DNA of 64,000 nucleotides from Planktothrix sp. GU0601_MAG3 (GTDB lineage Bacteria; Cyanobacteriota; Cyanobacteriia; Cyanobacteriales; Microcoleaceae): NCBI GenBank assembly GCA_035193785.1, contig CP136572.1, positions 1,344,001 to 1,408,000 of the forward strand, read 5' to 3'. Shown piece by piece: positions 1 to 11,400 of this stretch (position 1 is its first letter; each line of letters starts with the position of its first letter). The notes under the pieces were generated by a model. It saw only the letters and a program-made list of their open reading frames with translations, ran no database searches and was not told where the DNA came from. The position numbers and the translations under genes were made by a program.

Positions 1-185
1 TCCCTAACATCTTCTTGAATTAAGGGCAAAAACCAGCGTAGGGAAGGAGGTATTAGATAATAAAGTCCGTAGCGCAATCCGTAGGTTAAATAGCTCAATC
101 TACCGGTGATTGTCCACATTCCTTGTCTTTTGAATTCTTCGACGCTACGCCGGGGAACTTTGGGTTTGAATTTGGGTAATGTCAC
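1..185 (-). CDS. Hypothetical protein, 5' part only (runs off left edge)
   Basis: Open frame from GTG at 185 (VTLPKFKPKVPRRSVEEFKRQGMWTITGRLSYLTYG...) to the window edge; no recognisable motif. Confidence 0.4.
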   Translation of the reverse strand, partial: MTLPKFKPKVPRRSVEEFKRQGMWTITGRLSYLTYGLRYGLYYLIPPSLRWFLPLIQEDVR

Positions 186-204
186 GATTTATTATGGGTA
201 ATGG

Positions 205-428
205 GGATCACGGATTTAAGCGGATTACGCAGATTAACACAGATTAAAATCTGAACACGGATTTAATAGGATTACGCTGATTAACACAGATTAAAATCTG
301 AACACGGATTTAATAGGATTACGCTGATTAACACAGATTAAAATCTGAACACGGATTTAATAGGATTACGCTGATTAACACAGATTAAAATCCGTGAAAT
401 CCGTGAAATCCTCTTAAATCCGTGATCC
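205..428. repeat. 47-bp tandem repeat element (4 units) bounded by 16-bp inverted repeats; MITE-like
   Basis: Unit ACGGATTTAATAGGATTACGCTGATTAACACAGATTAAAATCTGAAC starts at 210, 257, 304 and 351. Ends are GGATCACGGATTTAAG ... CTTAAATCCGTGATCC. Confidence 0.85.
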
Positions 429-1588
429 TATTTTACTCCGGTTTCTAAGGAGGATGATTCAGCGAGGGCGATCGCATCATCTGGGGATAATTTGTTATTA
501 ATAATAGCCATAATTCCTGGCAAATATTTATCCATTGTCAAAACATTAATATAAACTAAATTATTCACAAGTCCGGTGGTAAAACGCTCGTGTTCCACAT
601 CAATACTGGTTTTATAGCGAATTTCACCATCAATATAATTTAGTTCAAAATTCCCTATGGTTGTGCCATAATTAACTTTAGTTAAGAATTGTGCCATAGC
701 CGATAATTTTTCAGGTGGTGTATTAACTGGACACAGGGAGTAAAATACAAATTGTCGATTTTCTTCTATGGCTACAGCGAAACAAGTCCAACGTCCATGA
801 TCTCCTTCAAACACCATTTGTAAAATAGATTCTTCCGATATTTCCACAAATTCCCAATCATCTTCGCTAAAAAATTCTCGCATAACTTCGGAAATTGAGC
901 GAGATTGATCAATTTCCCTATCTTCATCGGGATCAATAGTTTTGAGAAATTTAATAAAATTATTTGTATCTAGGGAAATCTGACCATTTGAGTGTTCATT
1001 CTCCATTTCATTAGTTTCGATTTTATTAAAGGTTTCTTTGAGAAAATTAGATAGGGATTGTAAGATTTCTGAAGCCCCATTTAGGGTGTTAAAGGCTGCA
1101 CTTAATTTGAGATAATCCCAAACCGTTCTATATTGAATAATAGCGGTTTCTTGCTGTTGTTCTACGATTAAACAATACCAATTTTCTGTATAATTTAACT
1201 CTTGATCAGAATCGGTATTAGCAGGAGCCGCGTTGAGATAATCAATAATAGCATCGTTAGTCTGACATTCTGAAAATTGGGGTAATAAATCGGGACGTAA
1301 TTCTATAACGAAATCCAGATTTAAACCCGGTTTGAGTTGTCCTTCTTTGATAGGAATTAAGGCATCTTTTTTTAGGTTAAATAATTGATTTTTGAGAATA
1401 TTTTGATATTGTTCATAACTGATATGAAGTTTTAAACAGCAGCGATCATAGTGATTGTTGTGTTTTTTGTTAAGGGCGATCGCTATGCCTTTAAAAACTA
1501 ATAAATTATCAGAATCCTCCCGAAATATTAACTCTCGATCAATCGGTGAAAATTCTAATGCTGTTTCTGTGTTATTGTTTAACATCAT
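428..1588 (-). CDS. YbjN-domain protein (C-terminal type III secretion chaperone-like fold)
   Basis: C-terminal FFSEDDWEF...GRWTCFA...FVFYS..P...LTKVNYGTTIGNFELNYIDGEIRYKTSIDVE is typical of the YbjN family; the N-terminal ~220 aa is unrecognised. Confidence 0.75.
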   Translation of the reverse strand: MMLNNNTETALEFSPIDRELIFREDSDNLLVFKGIAIALNKKHNNHYDRCCLKLHISYEQYQNILKNQLFNLKKDALIPIKEGQLKPGLNLDFVIELRPDLLPQFSECQTNDAIIDYLNAAPANTDSDQELNYTENWYCLIVEQQQETAIIQYRTVWDYLKLSAAFNTLNGASEILQSLSNFLKETFNKIETNEMENEHSNGQISLDTNNFIKFLKTIDPDEDREIDQSRSISEVMREFFSEDDWEFVEISEESILQMVFEGDHGRWTCFAVAIEENRQFVFYSLCPVNTPPEKLSAMAQFLTKVNYGTTIGNFELNYIDGEIRYKTSIDVEHERFTTGLVNNLVYINVLTMDKYLPGIMAIINNKLSPDDAIALAESSSLETGVK

Positions 1589-1677
1589 TTAAACTAATTT
1601 TATTACAATAATTTTTATTTAAGCAATTGATTATTTATCCTTCCATTAGTATTACATAATTTTTGTACATATCCTAT

Positions 1678-1691
1678 TCTACTTTAGTCTA
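1678..1691 (-). promoter_or_regulatory. Candidate regulator box (TCTACT-TT-AGTCTA)
   Basis: Matches imperfect palindromes at 11641 and 16804; 90 bp upstream of the YbjN start. Confidence 0.45.
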
Positions 1692-1732
1692 AATTAACCT
1701 AGATAAGTCCGGTTTTGGAAAGTCGGAAAAGT

Positions 1733-4700
1733 CTATTTTTTCTTCGGATCAGCCCGAACAGAAATTTCAACGGTTGTAGGATCAACTCGCTTCACTTTAG
1801 TATTAACATCCAGTGGGATTTTTCCTGGCTTATTGCCTTGCTCAGATTGAGATTTAGCAGCTTCTTTTTCGTCTGCCAATTCTTCCTCAGCTTGATTAGA
1901 TTTGGCATCATCTTCTGCTTCTTTTTTGTTCTTTTCAGGATTAGTTTTTGGCTGTTCTTCTTGGGCTTTTGGAGTTTTTTCTGGTTGATCTTCTTTGGTT
2001 TTGCTGTCTTTTTTAGACTTAGATGATTGACTTAACAACCCTCCCAATAAACTACCGCTTCTGGGTTTAGTTTCAGGTTCTTTAGGTGTGAGATTATCTA
2101 AATTTTTAGCGATCGCTGCGTTATTTTCATCCGTCGGTTCTTGCGGACGGCCTTTGACCTGAATATCGTAGCTGATGCTATTACCAATAGTGGCAGAAAC
2201 CCACAACTTTCAGCAAATCTAAATCAAAATCAACACAGAGTTTATCCAGTTTCTTCTGAACAATATCAGGGTCAGGATATTGATTAACAATTTGTTGAAT
2301 TAAAGTGACCATATCATCAACAATATCATCAGGTAAGGCTAAATTATTAGCAACGGATGAACCTTTTTTCTTACGTTTATCTTTTTGCTGATCTTGCTCT
2401 TGCTCTTGCTCTTGCTGTTTTGTAATCATCACTCGCATTGTCAGTTTATTACCCTGAATACTTTGAGTGATATTTGCCTGTTCTTTTTGTTTACCACCGC
2501 CACCACCTCTAAAGCCTGTGCCAAGACCTGATACTAACATACTGCCTCCCATCAGAAGTCCCGCACCTACAAGTACCTTCGTTTGACCGCTTTTATCAGA
2601 TTTTTTGGGAGTTTCATTAGTATCTAAATTCTCTGAACTGTCTTCTGCTTCTCTCTGAACGAAGTAAGGCATCTGTTCACTGACTCGCTGCACCGTGCGA
2701 GACAACAGGGGAGATTCGCCGGACTGTTGGACAACGTGGGTAAGTTCGTGGGCGAGGAGCCTTTTACCACTGGGACTTTCGGGTTCATAATTACCTTGGC
2801 GGAAGAAAACATCAGATCCGGTGGTAAAGGCGCGGGCGTCGAGGGAGCGACTGAGGCGATCGCCCTCCGTATCATCATGCACCCGTACCTGAGCAAAGTC
2901 AAAACCAAAGGCATTTTCCATCGGTTCCCGCACGGTGGTAGGTAGGGGTTGACCTTGACCGAGGGAACGCTGAATGGCGGTTTCTACCCCGGAATGGGCA
3001 TCAAGCAGTTGATCAGTTTCCAGCAGCTTGACGCTGGGCTTTTGTTGATTGAGCATCATCGGGAATAACCCCAGTAATCACATATTTACTACCATCGGGT
3101 TTAAGGGTATTTAGACTTAAGGTTTTGAGTTTATATTGAGATTTCAGAGCCGGAAGTTGACTTTTAACTGCTTTTGCTTTGGGTTTTTTCTGAATAATTG
3201 ATTTGAGTTTCTGAGCAACTTTAGGCAAAATCTTATTTTTAGCCATTAATTTTGCCGTTAATGTCAAACTAGCTTTATTCTTATTTCCTGTAATTTTCTG
3301 TTTGACCACCAGTTGATTTTTCTTATCTTTCCAAGGAGATTCAGCCGACCGTTGCACTTTAGTCGCTTCCACTTGACCGACAATTTGATATTTATTTTTA
3401 CCTTTTTTAGTCAACTTCAACTGTTTGAGTTTATGTTTAGATTGAATTCCTGATAATTTTTGACCCACGGCGTCAGGATCTCGAAGATTTCTCGCCAGAT
3501 TTTGAGTTTGATTACCCGCTCCTTTAATTTGTTTCTGAGCATCATTCTGAGGTTGTTTTTTATCTTTATTTTTCTTGTCTTTACCTTTAGCCGTTGTACC
3601 TGTACCTTTACCTTTGCGGGCTGTTTTTCCTTTCTTGCTTTTCCCGCCACCAAAGAAAGCCGCTGCTCCTCCAAATATTCCCCCGATGGTTTTATCCACA
3701 GGTGCTTTTAATGTCGTCACAATTTTCTTAATTTTACTAGGAATTCCCCCAACACCAATTAGGGACGCTAAGAATCCTAATAAAACAGGAATCATTTTAG
3801 CCAAAGCCTGTTCAATCATCATCGCCATCACCGCCGGAGCCCCGTCACAAATGGCTTTTAAAGTATCTAAAATTGCTTGCACAAAGAGTTTTATATCTTC
3901 CCGTTTTTCCACAAAAAAGCAAATCACATCAAAAATCACTTTAGCAATTCTAGCAATTCCTGACGCGGGATTCATCATCCCAATCAGCCAACTAATCCCC
4001 CCCTTGACAATTTCCACAATTGCCATTTCCATCAAACCTTTAAGAAAGATTTTTTTCATGTCATCCAAGGAGGATTTGATGAACTCCCAAACCCCTGATA
4101 TACCATCTTTAATTAAGGTACTAAAGAAGGTAAAAATAAATTTTACGCCCGGTTGCAGACCGGAAATAAAGTCAAGGGCATCTTCTCCTAAAGACCCGAT
4201 TAAATCCTTAGCAAATCCCAGAACACCGCTAATGCCACCAGTAACGCTTCCTAAGATGTTTCTGTACAGAATCTGGGAAAGTTTCTACGGCTTCCACCCC
4301 TTCGTTGATTAAGGTCATAATCACATCGGGGCCAGCTTCTACGACCAATTTAACTAAGTCCCAAAGATAGTTGAGACTATCCAGGCCTTGTTTGAGAACA
4401 ACATCGAGAATAAACTGAATTAATTTCGTGGCTGGCCCACCTAAAATACCCTCAACAATGCCAAAAACGTATTCTTTTGTTAAACCTAAAACCTGTAAAA
4501 TAATATCTAAGAATCCTTTTAAATCAAATTTTTCAGGAAGTTTTAAGTCCCCTAAATTTCCAAATAACCAAGTAATTAACCCATTGAGTAAATGTTTAGC
4601 AATATTATTGGCAAAATTCTTAATCCCATCTCCAATCCCTTGAAAGAGATTCTTCATAAATTGCACCGGATCATCGATCAGGGAATCAATTACATCTTCG

Positions 4701-7700
4701 GCTATATCTCCAATAAAAACACTTAACATTTTCTTAATCGGCCAGAGGAGAATTTTAATAATATTCTTAGCTAAATCCGCAATAAATTTTAAAGCCTTAC
4801 TAATTAAGCTGGCATTTTCGGCTTTTAACTGTTCAATGCGTTTATCAAGTTCTTTTAAACTAGATTGATATTTTTTAGTTAAATCTTCTAGGAGTTGATT
4901 TTGTTTATCGCTAATACTCTGTTCTAATTGATCAAATTTAGTTTGGACATCCGCCGCCGATTGCGCCCCAATTTCTTGCAGGTCTTTTGGTAAAGATTTA
5001 ACATAGGCATTAACTTTTTCTCGCCCTTGGTTAACTTCTGTTTGGGCTGCGGTTAATCCTTTTTCAACAATCCCACCAATATTAGAAATACTTTTTTTAA
5101 CTTCTTCAATATATAGTTTTTTGCCCTCTTCATAAAAAACATTGACTTCATCGGGTAAGCCCGCAAACTTATCTCTAATCCAGGTAATAAAATCAAAAAT
5201 GCGAAGTTCTCCAACTTTCACCATTCTGATCCCAAACCAGTAAGGCTTAGGTAATTTAATCGGAAATACTAAGGTATAGCGTTTATCTTTATACTCAGCC
5301 ATTCTCCTTTTAACATGACCTTCAAAAGCATTTTTAGCCGCACTAATCCCGCGATTAAACTCAGTATTAACATCACTATCCATTTTTCCCAAAATACCCT
5401 TAACACTCCCCTGAGTTTTGTCAAAAATACTTTGGATATTGGTATTAATTTCAGTCCGTTTAATTTCGTCCTGAGTCTTGGTTGCCTCTTGGGAATCCCC
5501 GGTCTGCTCCATCGACTCTGTACGAGTTGCATACATATCCTGATTGGACTGTTTCGCCGATGCCTGGGCGTCAGTTTTGGCTGTGGTCAGGGTTTCCTGT
5601 TCCCCTTGACGGAATTTTTGGGGGCCTTCTGTAGTGCCATGGGTCTTGGCTTCTTTTAAGGCATCTAAGGCCTGTCCCCCGCCCTCTTCCTTCCAGGTTT
5701 CTAAACGATCTACATTCAGGGGAACTTCTGAATCCGGTTGGGCAACGGACTGGGGTTTAACTTCTTCTTTGCGTTGAATCAGGAATTCTGGAAGCAGTTG
5801 AATGGTTTCCGAGAGGGAGAGTTGAATTGATGATTCCTCCGGTTCTAATTGTAGAGATTGGGGTTCGGGCGTCGCCATCACTTGTTCGGCCATTTGATCG
5901 GCTTGAACTTCATTAGGATCACTGCTAGAGCCGACTATTGACTTCGCCTGAATCTCACCAAACGTACTCTCTAAATTCTCGGTTGTTTTTGCTAAAGGGG
6001 CTTCGATTTCCTGTTCGGTTTTTTCCTTGGGAACCGCTTTCTCCGCTTCAATTTCTGGTGGTACAGCCCCGACAACTTCCTGAGTCGGTTTCAGTTCTTC
6101 AACATTTTTAGGTTGTTCGGCAGCGGGTTCAGGGGGGGCTTTGCTTTCCTCTGGTAAACCCCCTCCTGAATCTTTTTTAGCTCCCTTAACTTCGGTATTT
6201 AAAGCATTTTTAATATCATCGGTTTTGCCGCTACTAGCAAAATTATCGGCTTGATCCGCGTTTTTGGGTTTAACTAACTGTAATTTTTCTAATAAACTAT
6301 CTTCAAAAATCTTGCGGTCAAAGGGTTTCGGTTTTTTAGCATTCAGATCGTCCATTTTTGTCGCTTGGGCTTCCCGCATTTGTTGGTCGGGATCTTTGGC
6401 GGCGGTTTGGGCTTCCTCGGCGGCGGATTTGGGTGACTGGTGACTGGACTGCTGATCGGCTTGTTGTTTGGACTGTTTAATCACCCCCTGAAAAGCGGGG
6501 TCTGCTTCTGGGGTCACGGGTGCTTGATCACCTCTGACTTCGGGGACGGCGATCGGTGAATTGTCGGCGGTTTTCGCCTCCCCTTCCGGGATGGGTGGGA
6601 TGGCTTGGGGCTGATCCGTTTGCTCTGGCTGAGAATTTCCCCCAGCCCCGGGTTTCGACTTTAAGCGGAAGCGGCACACTCTCTTTCGGGGGAGTTTGAC
6701 CGCTTGCATCTTGTTTGCCTTTTTCGTCGGCTTTATCTTTAACTTTTGTCTCAGCTTCTTGACCTTCTTGTTTAGCCTGAGATTCTATTTTTTCTCCGGT
6801 TTCTTTCTCTAATTTTCCTAAATTCTCCCCACTTTCACCGGATTTAACTTTATCTTTAACGGTATCTGTATCTTCCTTAACTTTAGCGGTTTGAGTTTCA
6901 ACTTTTTTCAAGGATTCTGCCGCTAAATATTTTTTCATTTCAGCGCCTTTATCCTCTTTATCTTGCCCCTCTTTATCTAATTCTTTCTTAGCTTCTTCTT
7001 TTTCTTTTTCAACGTTCTTTTTCCGTTCCTCTGATTTGGCTTCGGCTGTTTCTTTTGTATCTCCTTTCGTAACTGAGGATTCCTCTGTTTTGGTTTCGGT
7101 TTTGGCTTCAGTTTTTGTATCGGCTGTTCCCTCTTTTTTTGCTTCTGCTTTAGGGGTAGTTGATTCCGACTTATTTTTATCTGCTTTTTGTAGAGATTTT
7201 TCAGGTAAGGTTTTTAAGCCGGAGATATTCAAGGGCGGATTTTTTTTAACTCTATTTTTAACTGGAGAAGGTTGGATTTGACGCTGAATTTGGGATTTTT
7301 TTTGAATTTTCCGACTCAGGGATTTGGGTTTAATTTTAGGGCCCGTTTGTTGAATTGTGTGGGTGAGTTCATGGGCGAGAAGTTTCTTCCCTTCGTCGGT
7401 ATGGGGTGAATATTTACCCGAATTAAAATAGACATCTTGCTCATGGGTAAACGCTTGAGCACCGAGATCTTTACTGAGTTGAACTGCATCGGAACCCGTA
7501 TGAACTTTGATCCCACTAAAGTCATTCCCAAACCTTTCTTCCATGAAACCACGGGTTTCATCGGGTAGGGGGTTCCCACCTCCTTTGCTACTTTTAACAC
7601 GAGTTTCAATATCCTCGCTGGCCGCAAATCCGCCGTTTCCTTGGCGGGAGATCAAGGTGGACTGTTTTAGGGTTTGGCTAATCCCTGATGGAATATGGTT

Positions 7701-8424
7701 ATCTATGGCTTTGAGGTGAACGACCCCTTCTATTTCCTTTTGTTGAAGAATTCCGCTTAACCGTTTCAGGTGAAGGGTTGCTTCTTGTTCATATCGCTGA
7801 ATCGTTTGAGCTAGGGGTTTGAGGTGAACGGTTCCATCTTCTTCGGTGACGCTTTGGATGCTTTCTGTTAAGGGTTTGAGGTGAATAGTTCCCTCTTCCT
7901 CCGGTGGAGCTTGGGTTGTGTCCGTTGTCGGTTTCAGGTGAACGGTTCCCTCCTCCCCCCGCTCCCCCTGCTCCTCCACTCCCCCTGCTCCCCTACTCCC
8001 CTGCTCCCCCCGCTCCCCCTGCTCCTCCACTCCCCCTGCTCCCCTACTCCCCTGCTCCTCCTGCTTCTGCACCGGAAACCGTCATCGCTACGACTTTATC
8101 CGCCATCGCATCGGCTTCTTTTTCGTATTTATCCCCCGGAGCACCGACGACTAATTTAGTTTGGGGAGTGGCGGGAATATATTCACTAATTGAAATTTGA
8201 CCAAAATTATAGCCGGAATTAAGATTCTGATTCCGTTGTATTTCAGGTGGAGGGGGAGCCGCCGCCCCGGCTAATTTTTGTTCACTGGTACTGTCATCTT
8301 CTTTTAAAGCCAGTTGTTCATCCGCAAAGGGTCGCACACTGGTTAATCCAATTGTTGGTGACAGTTGGGGAATAGGAGTCGGCGTACTTTTTTTTACGGG
8401 TGTAACAACAGCTTTGGTATTCAT
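1733..8424 (-). CDS. Giant eCIS-associated protein with two DUF4157 (eCIS core) domains and a long helical region, ~2,228 aa after correcting 5 frameshifts
   Basis: Six track ORFs (8044-8424, 6528-8072, 4229-6709, 3013-4068, 2181-3059, 1733-2206) join in frame when one base is removed at GAAAC/GTTTC at 8075, 6652, 4258, 3016 and 2196. DUF4157 motifs DFS.V+VH...A.AFT...D+FF..G.Y.P....G++LLAHELTH occur twice. Confidence 0.8.
7950..8062. repeat. CCCCTGCT-type short repeat tract inside coding sequence
   Basis: Repeated cccctgctc/ccccgctc units encoding EEQGSRGAGGVEEQGERG twice. Confidence 0.7.
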
Positions 8425-11400
8425 GGTTGTTCCTCTTCTTTTTGTTCTGTATTCAGATTGTTTTCTGTTTCCTGATTTATGTTCTCCTCTTCAGTTTCTA
8501 AACTAGCCGAGTTGTTAGCATTTTCTGTGGATAGGGGTTGTTCTTCTGGTATTTTTGATGGGCGCTCGGCAAACAGCTTTTGTTCAACTTCTTTACTGGC
8601 TTTACCCACTAATTCTTTGGATGTTATTAGACCAGCTTGCACATTTTGTTCGGCTCGCCGTAACCGTTGTAACCAATTGGAGTCTTTGACTTCGAGTACG
8701 TTTTTTGTTGTATCTTTCCCAATTAGATGTTTTTCGGTTTTGGTGCCGGTTTTAGTATAGTCAACAACTCGGCCTCCAAATTCGCCACCGATTCTTCCGC
8801 CTTTACTGGTACCTGTAGAAGAAAACTCAGCAGGAGCCCCCCTCTGATCATGATACATACCAAAAACATCTGTGTGAGCCATTCTTGATGTTTCTGCCCC
8901 TATGAGTACGCTACCAGGTAGTGTTAAGCTTGGGGGTCTATAGTAGATATAAATATGGCCATGTCTGCCATCGGGTAGAATGGCATCACCTGCTAGATCT
9001 TCATTCCCCAATCCGCCCAGTGGTATATCCATACCATAGTGTTTGATAGTGCTTTTCAAGCCTGTCTTACCCTTGATATCAAATGTATTACTTTTTTCCT
9101 CTTCTAATGAACTTTCAGTTACTTTGACATTATGACTAGAAGCGATTCTAGTATCTACTTTAGCTTTATAATGGTCGCTCTTGTTATTTGGATTTTTTAT
9201 CTTATCGTATGATTGAGGTTTTCTAGTTAGGTCTGATTCAGGTGAAGCCCCAAAAAGCCATTGAATAAACTCATTTTCGTTTTCATTTTGTTTAATGGGT
9301 GGTAAGTTAATCATGACACGCCCTCCGTGAGAGAGAGCAACTGCAACTGATTCATCCCAATCCTTAAAAATGTTTTGTTTTTGATCATCTCTATATTTCA
9401 AACCATCATGAAGAATGATAAAAATTCGTCGCAGAATACTATTAGCTGACTCGGTTTGCTCTTTGTATTTTTCTAAACTTTTATCTTCACTGTTTGTCTT
9501 ATTTTCAAGTGTTTGCTCCCACATTTTCGTATCTTTTTCATAAATATTCTTTTTGTGTTCTTGACTACCTTTCTTCAACTGGTTGGCTTCATAACGTAAA
9601 TACCCTGGAGTTTGGCGGAATTTTTCATTCTTAATACCCAGATCTCTTTGATATGTAGCAATTTGAAGACGCTTAATAGGACTCAACACGGCCTCACCAC
9701 GGACATCAGGTACAATTTCACCAAGCCCTCGCCGAAAATCATGTTCTTCGACTCTCTCCCAATCACCAAAGACTTTTTTGTCTACGGCTATCTCTGCTAC
9801 TTCTTCCTGGGTGAGCATACCATTTTGAGATAAAAAGGTTTTCCCATTTGGTATTGCGCTTAATTCTTCTATAGCCTTAACTGCTTCATCTGTCAAAAAA
9901 TCTTTCCCTAAATCTATTTGTTTAGCCAAGGTCATTTCCTCAGTTTTAGTATCACCATGCTTATCTTTAAAGTTACGTTTCTCAACCTTTAGTAAGTCTT
10001 TGACAATTTCTGTGGAGCGTTTTTTTGTCCCATCTTTTTTATCATTTTCAGTTTTTACATCACTCTCTTTGACCCGTTTTTCCTGGGGAATATAAGTCCC
10101 ATATAGTTGCAATCGGGTTGCTCGAATATATTGAGGAGGATTGCTTCCTTTAATTCGATACCACTTATTATTGCCCGTAGCTTCTATTTTATGTTCTTTT
10201 GGATCATCACTAATTTCAATTTCTTGACCGGATTTATATTTTATCCCCTCATTTTTAAGACTTTCATCTCTAGCATGAGCGTTGTCTTTGACAATATATT
10301 TCTTCATTTGCAGCATAACTGAATTAGCACCTGTAGAATGTGTTACAGATTCCCTTTTAGCTTGAACCGGACTCGCCCCCTGCTGCACAACATGAGTTAA
10401 TTCATGGGCAATTAATTCCTGTCCACTGCGACTTCCTGGATTATATTCTCCCTGTTTAAAAAACAAATTCGGCCCCGTTGCAAAAGCACGAGAACTCAGG
10501 GAACGATTTAATTTATCTGATTGACTATCAGTATGTACTTTTACCCCACTAAAATCAGCCCCCATTGCTTTTCCCATCTTGCTTTGCAGTCCGGCATCTA
10601 GGGGACTTCCACCACTTTTAGCACTTTGAATTGTTGTTTCTATATCTGTTGAAACTGCACCCCCACCGAGGGCTTTATTTTGGGGTTTAGCTTGAAGTTC
10701 TTCCTCTTCTTCCCCTTCTCTTTGAATGGCAGAAATATCAGATTTAGCTTGAAGTTCTTCCTCTTCTTCTCCTTCTCTTTGAATCGCAGAACTATCAGAT
10801 TTAGCCTGAAGTTCTTCCTCTTCTTCCCCTTCTCTTTGAATCGCAGAACTATCAGATTTAGCTTGAAGTTCTTCCTCTTCTTCCCCCTCTCTTTGAATGG
10901 CAGAACTATCAGATTTAGCCTGAAGTTCTTCCTCTTTTTCCCCTTCTCTTTGAATGGCAGAACTATCAGCTTTAGCTTGAACTTCTTCCTCTTCTTCCCC
11001 TTCTCTTTGAATAGCAGAACTATCAGCTTTAGCTTGAACTTCTTCCTCTTCTTCCCCTTCTCTTTGAATAGCAGAACTATCAGCTTTAGCTTGAACTTCT
11101 TCCTCTTCTTCTCCCTCTCGTTGAAGGTCAGAAATATCAGCTTTAGCTTGAATTTCTTCCTCTTCCTGACGTTGTACTCCTTTAGAAGATGTGGCTTTTT
11201 CTGTAGTAGGAGTATTAATTTGTTTGACCACTTTTTCCGCTACATGATCCGCTTCCTGTTCATATTTGTCCCCAGCTTGGCCAACGGTTAATTTTTTTTG
11301 TAGGGATAAATTAAATTTAGGTTGTACTCTGGCTGCTGACCCCTCTGTCTTTCCTGAAATCGGGATTTCAGCAAAATTAAAGCCCTGTTTTTTCTGTATT

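Noticed and set aside
205..428. CRISPR array (also 49442-49693)
   Set aside because: Units are contiguous with no unique spacers, and no cas genes are present.
10680..11291. 203-aa Phe-rich plus-strand ORF (also 59396-60070, 3575-4312, 1715-2026)
   Set aside because: Antisense shadows of repetitive or biased minus-strand genes.
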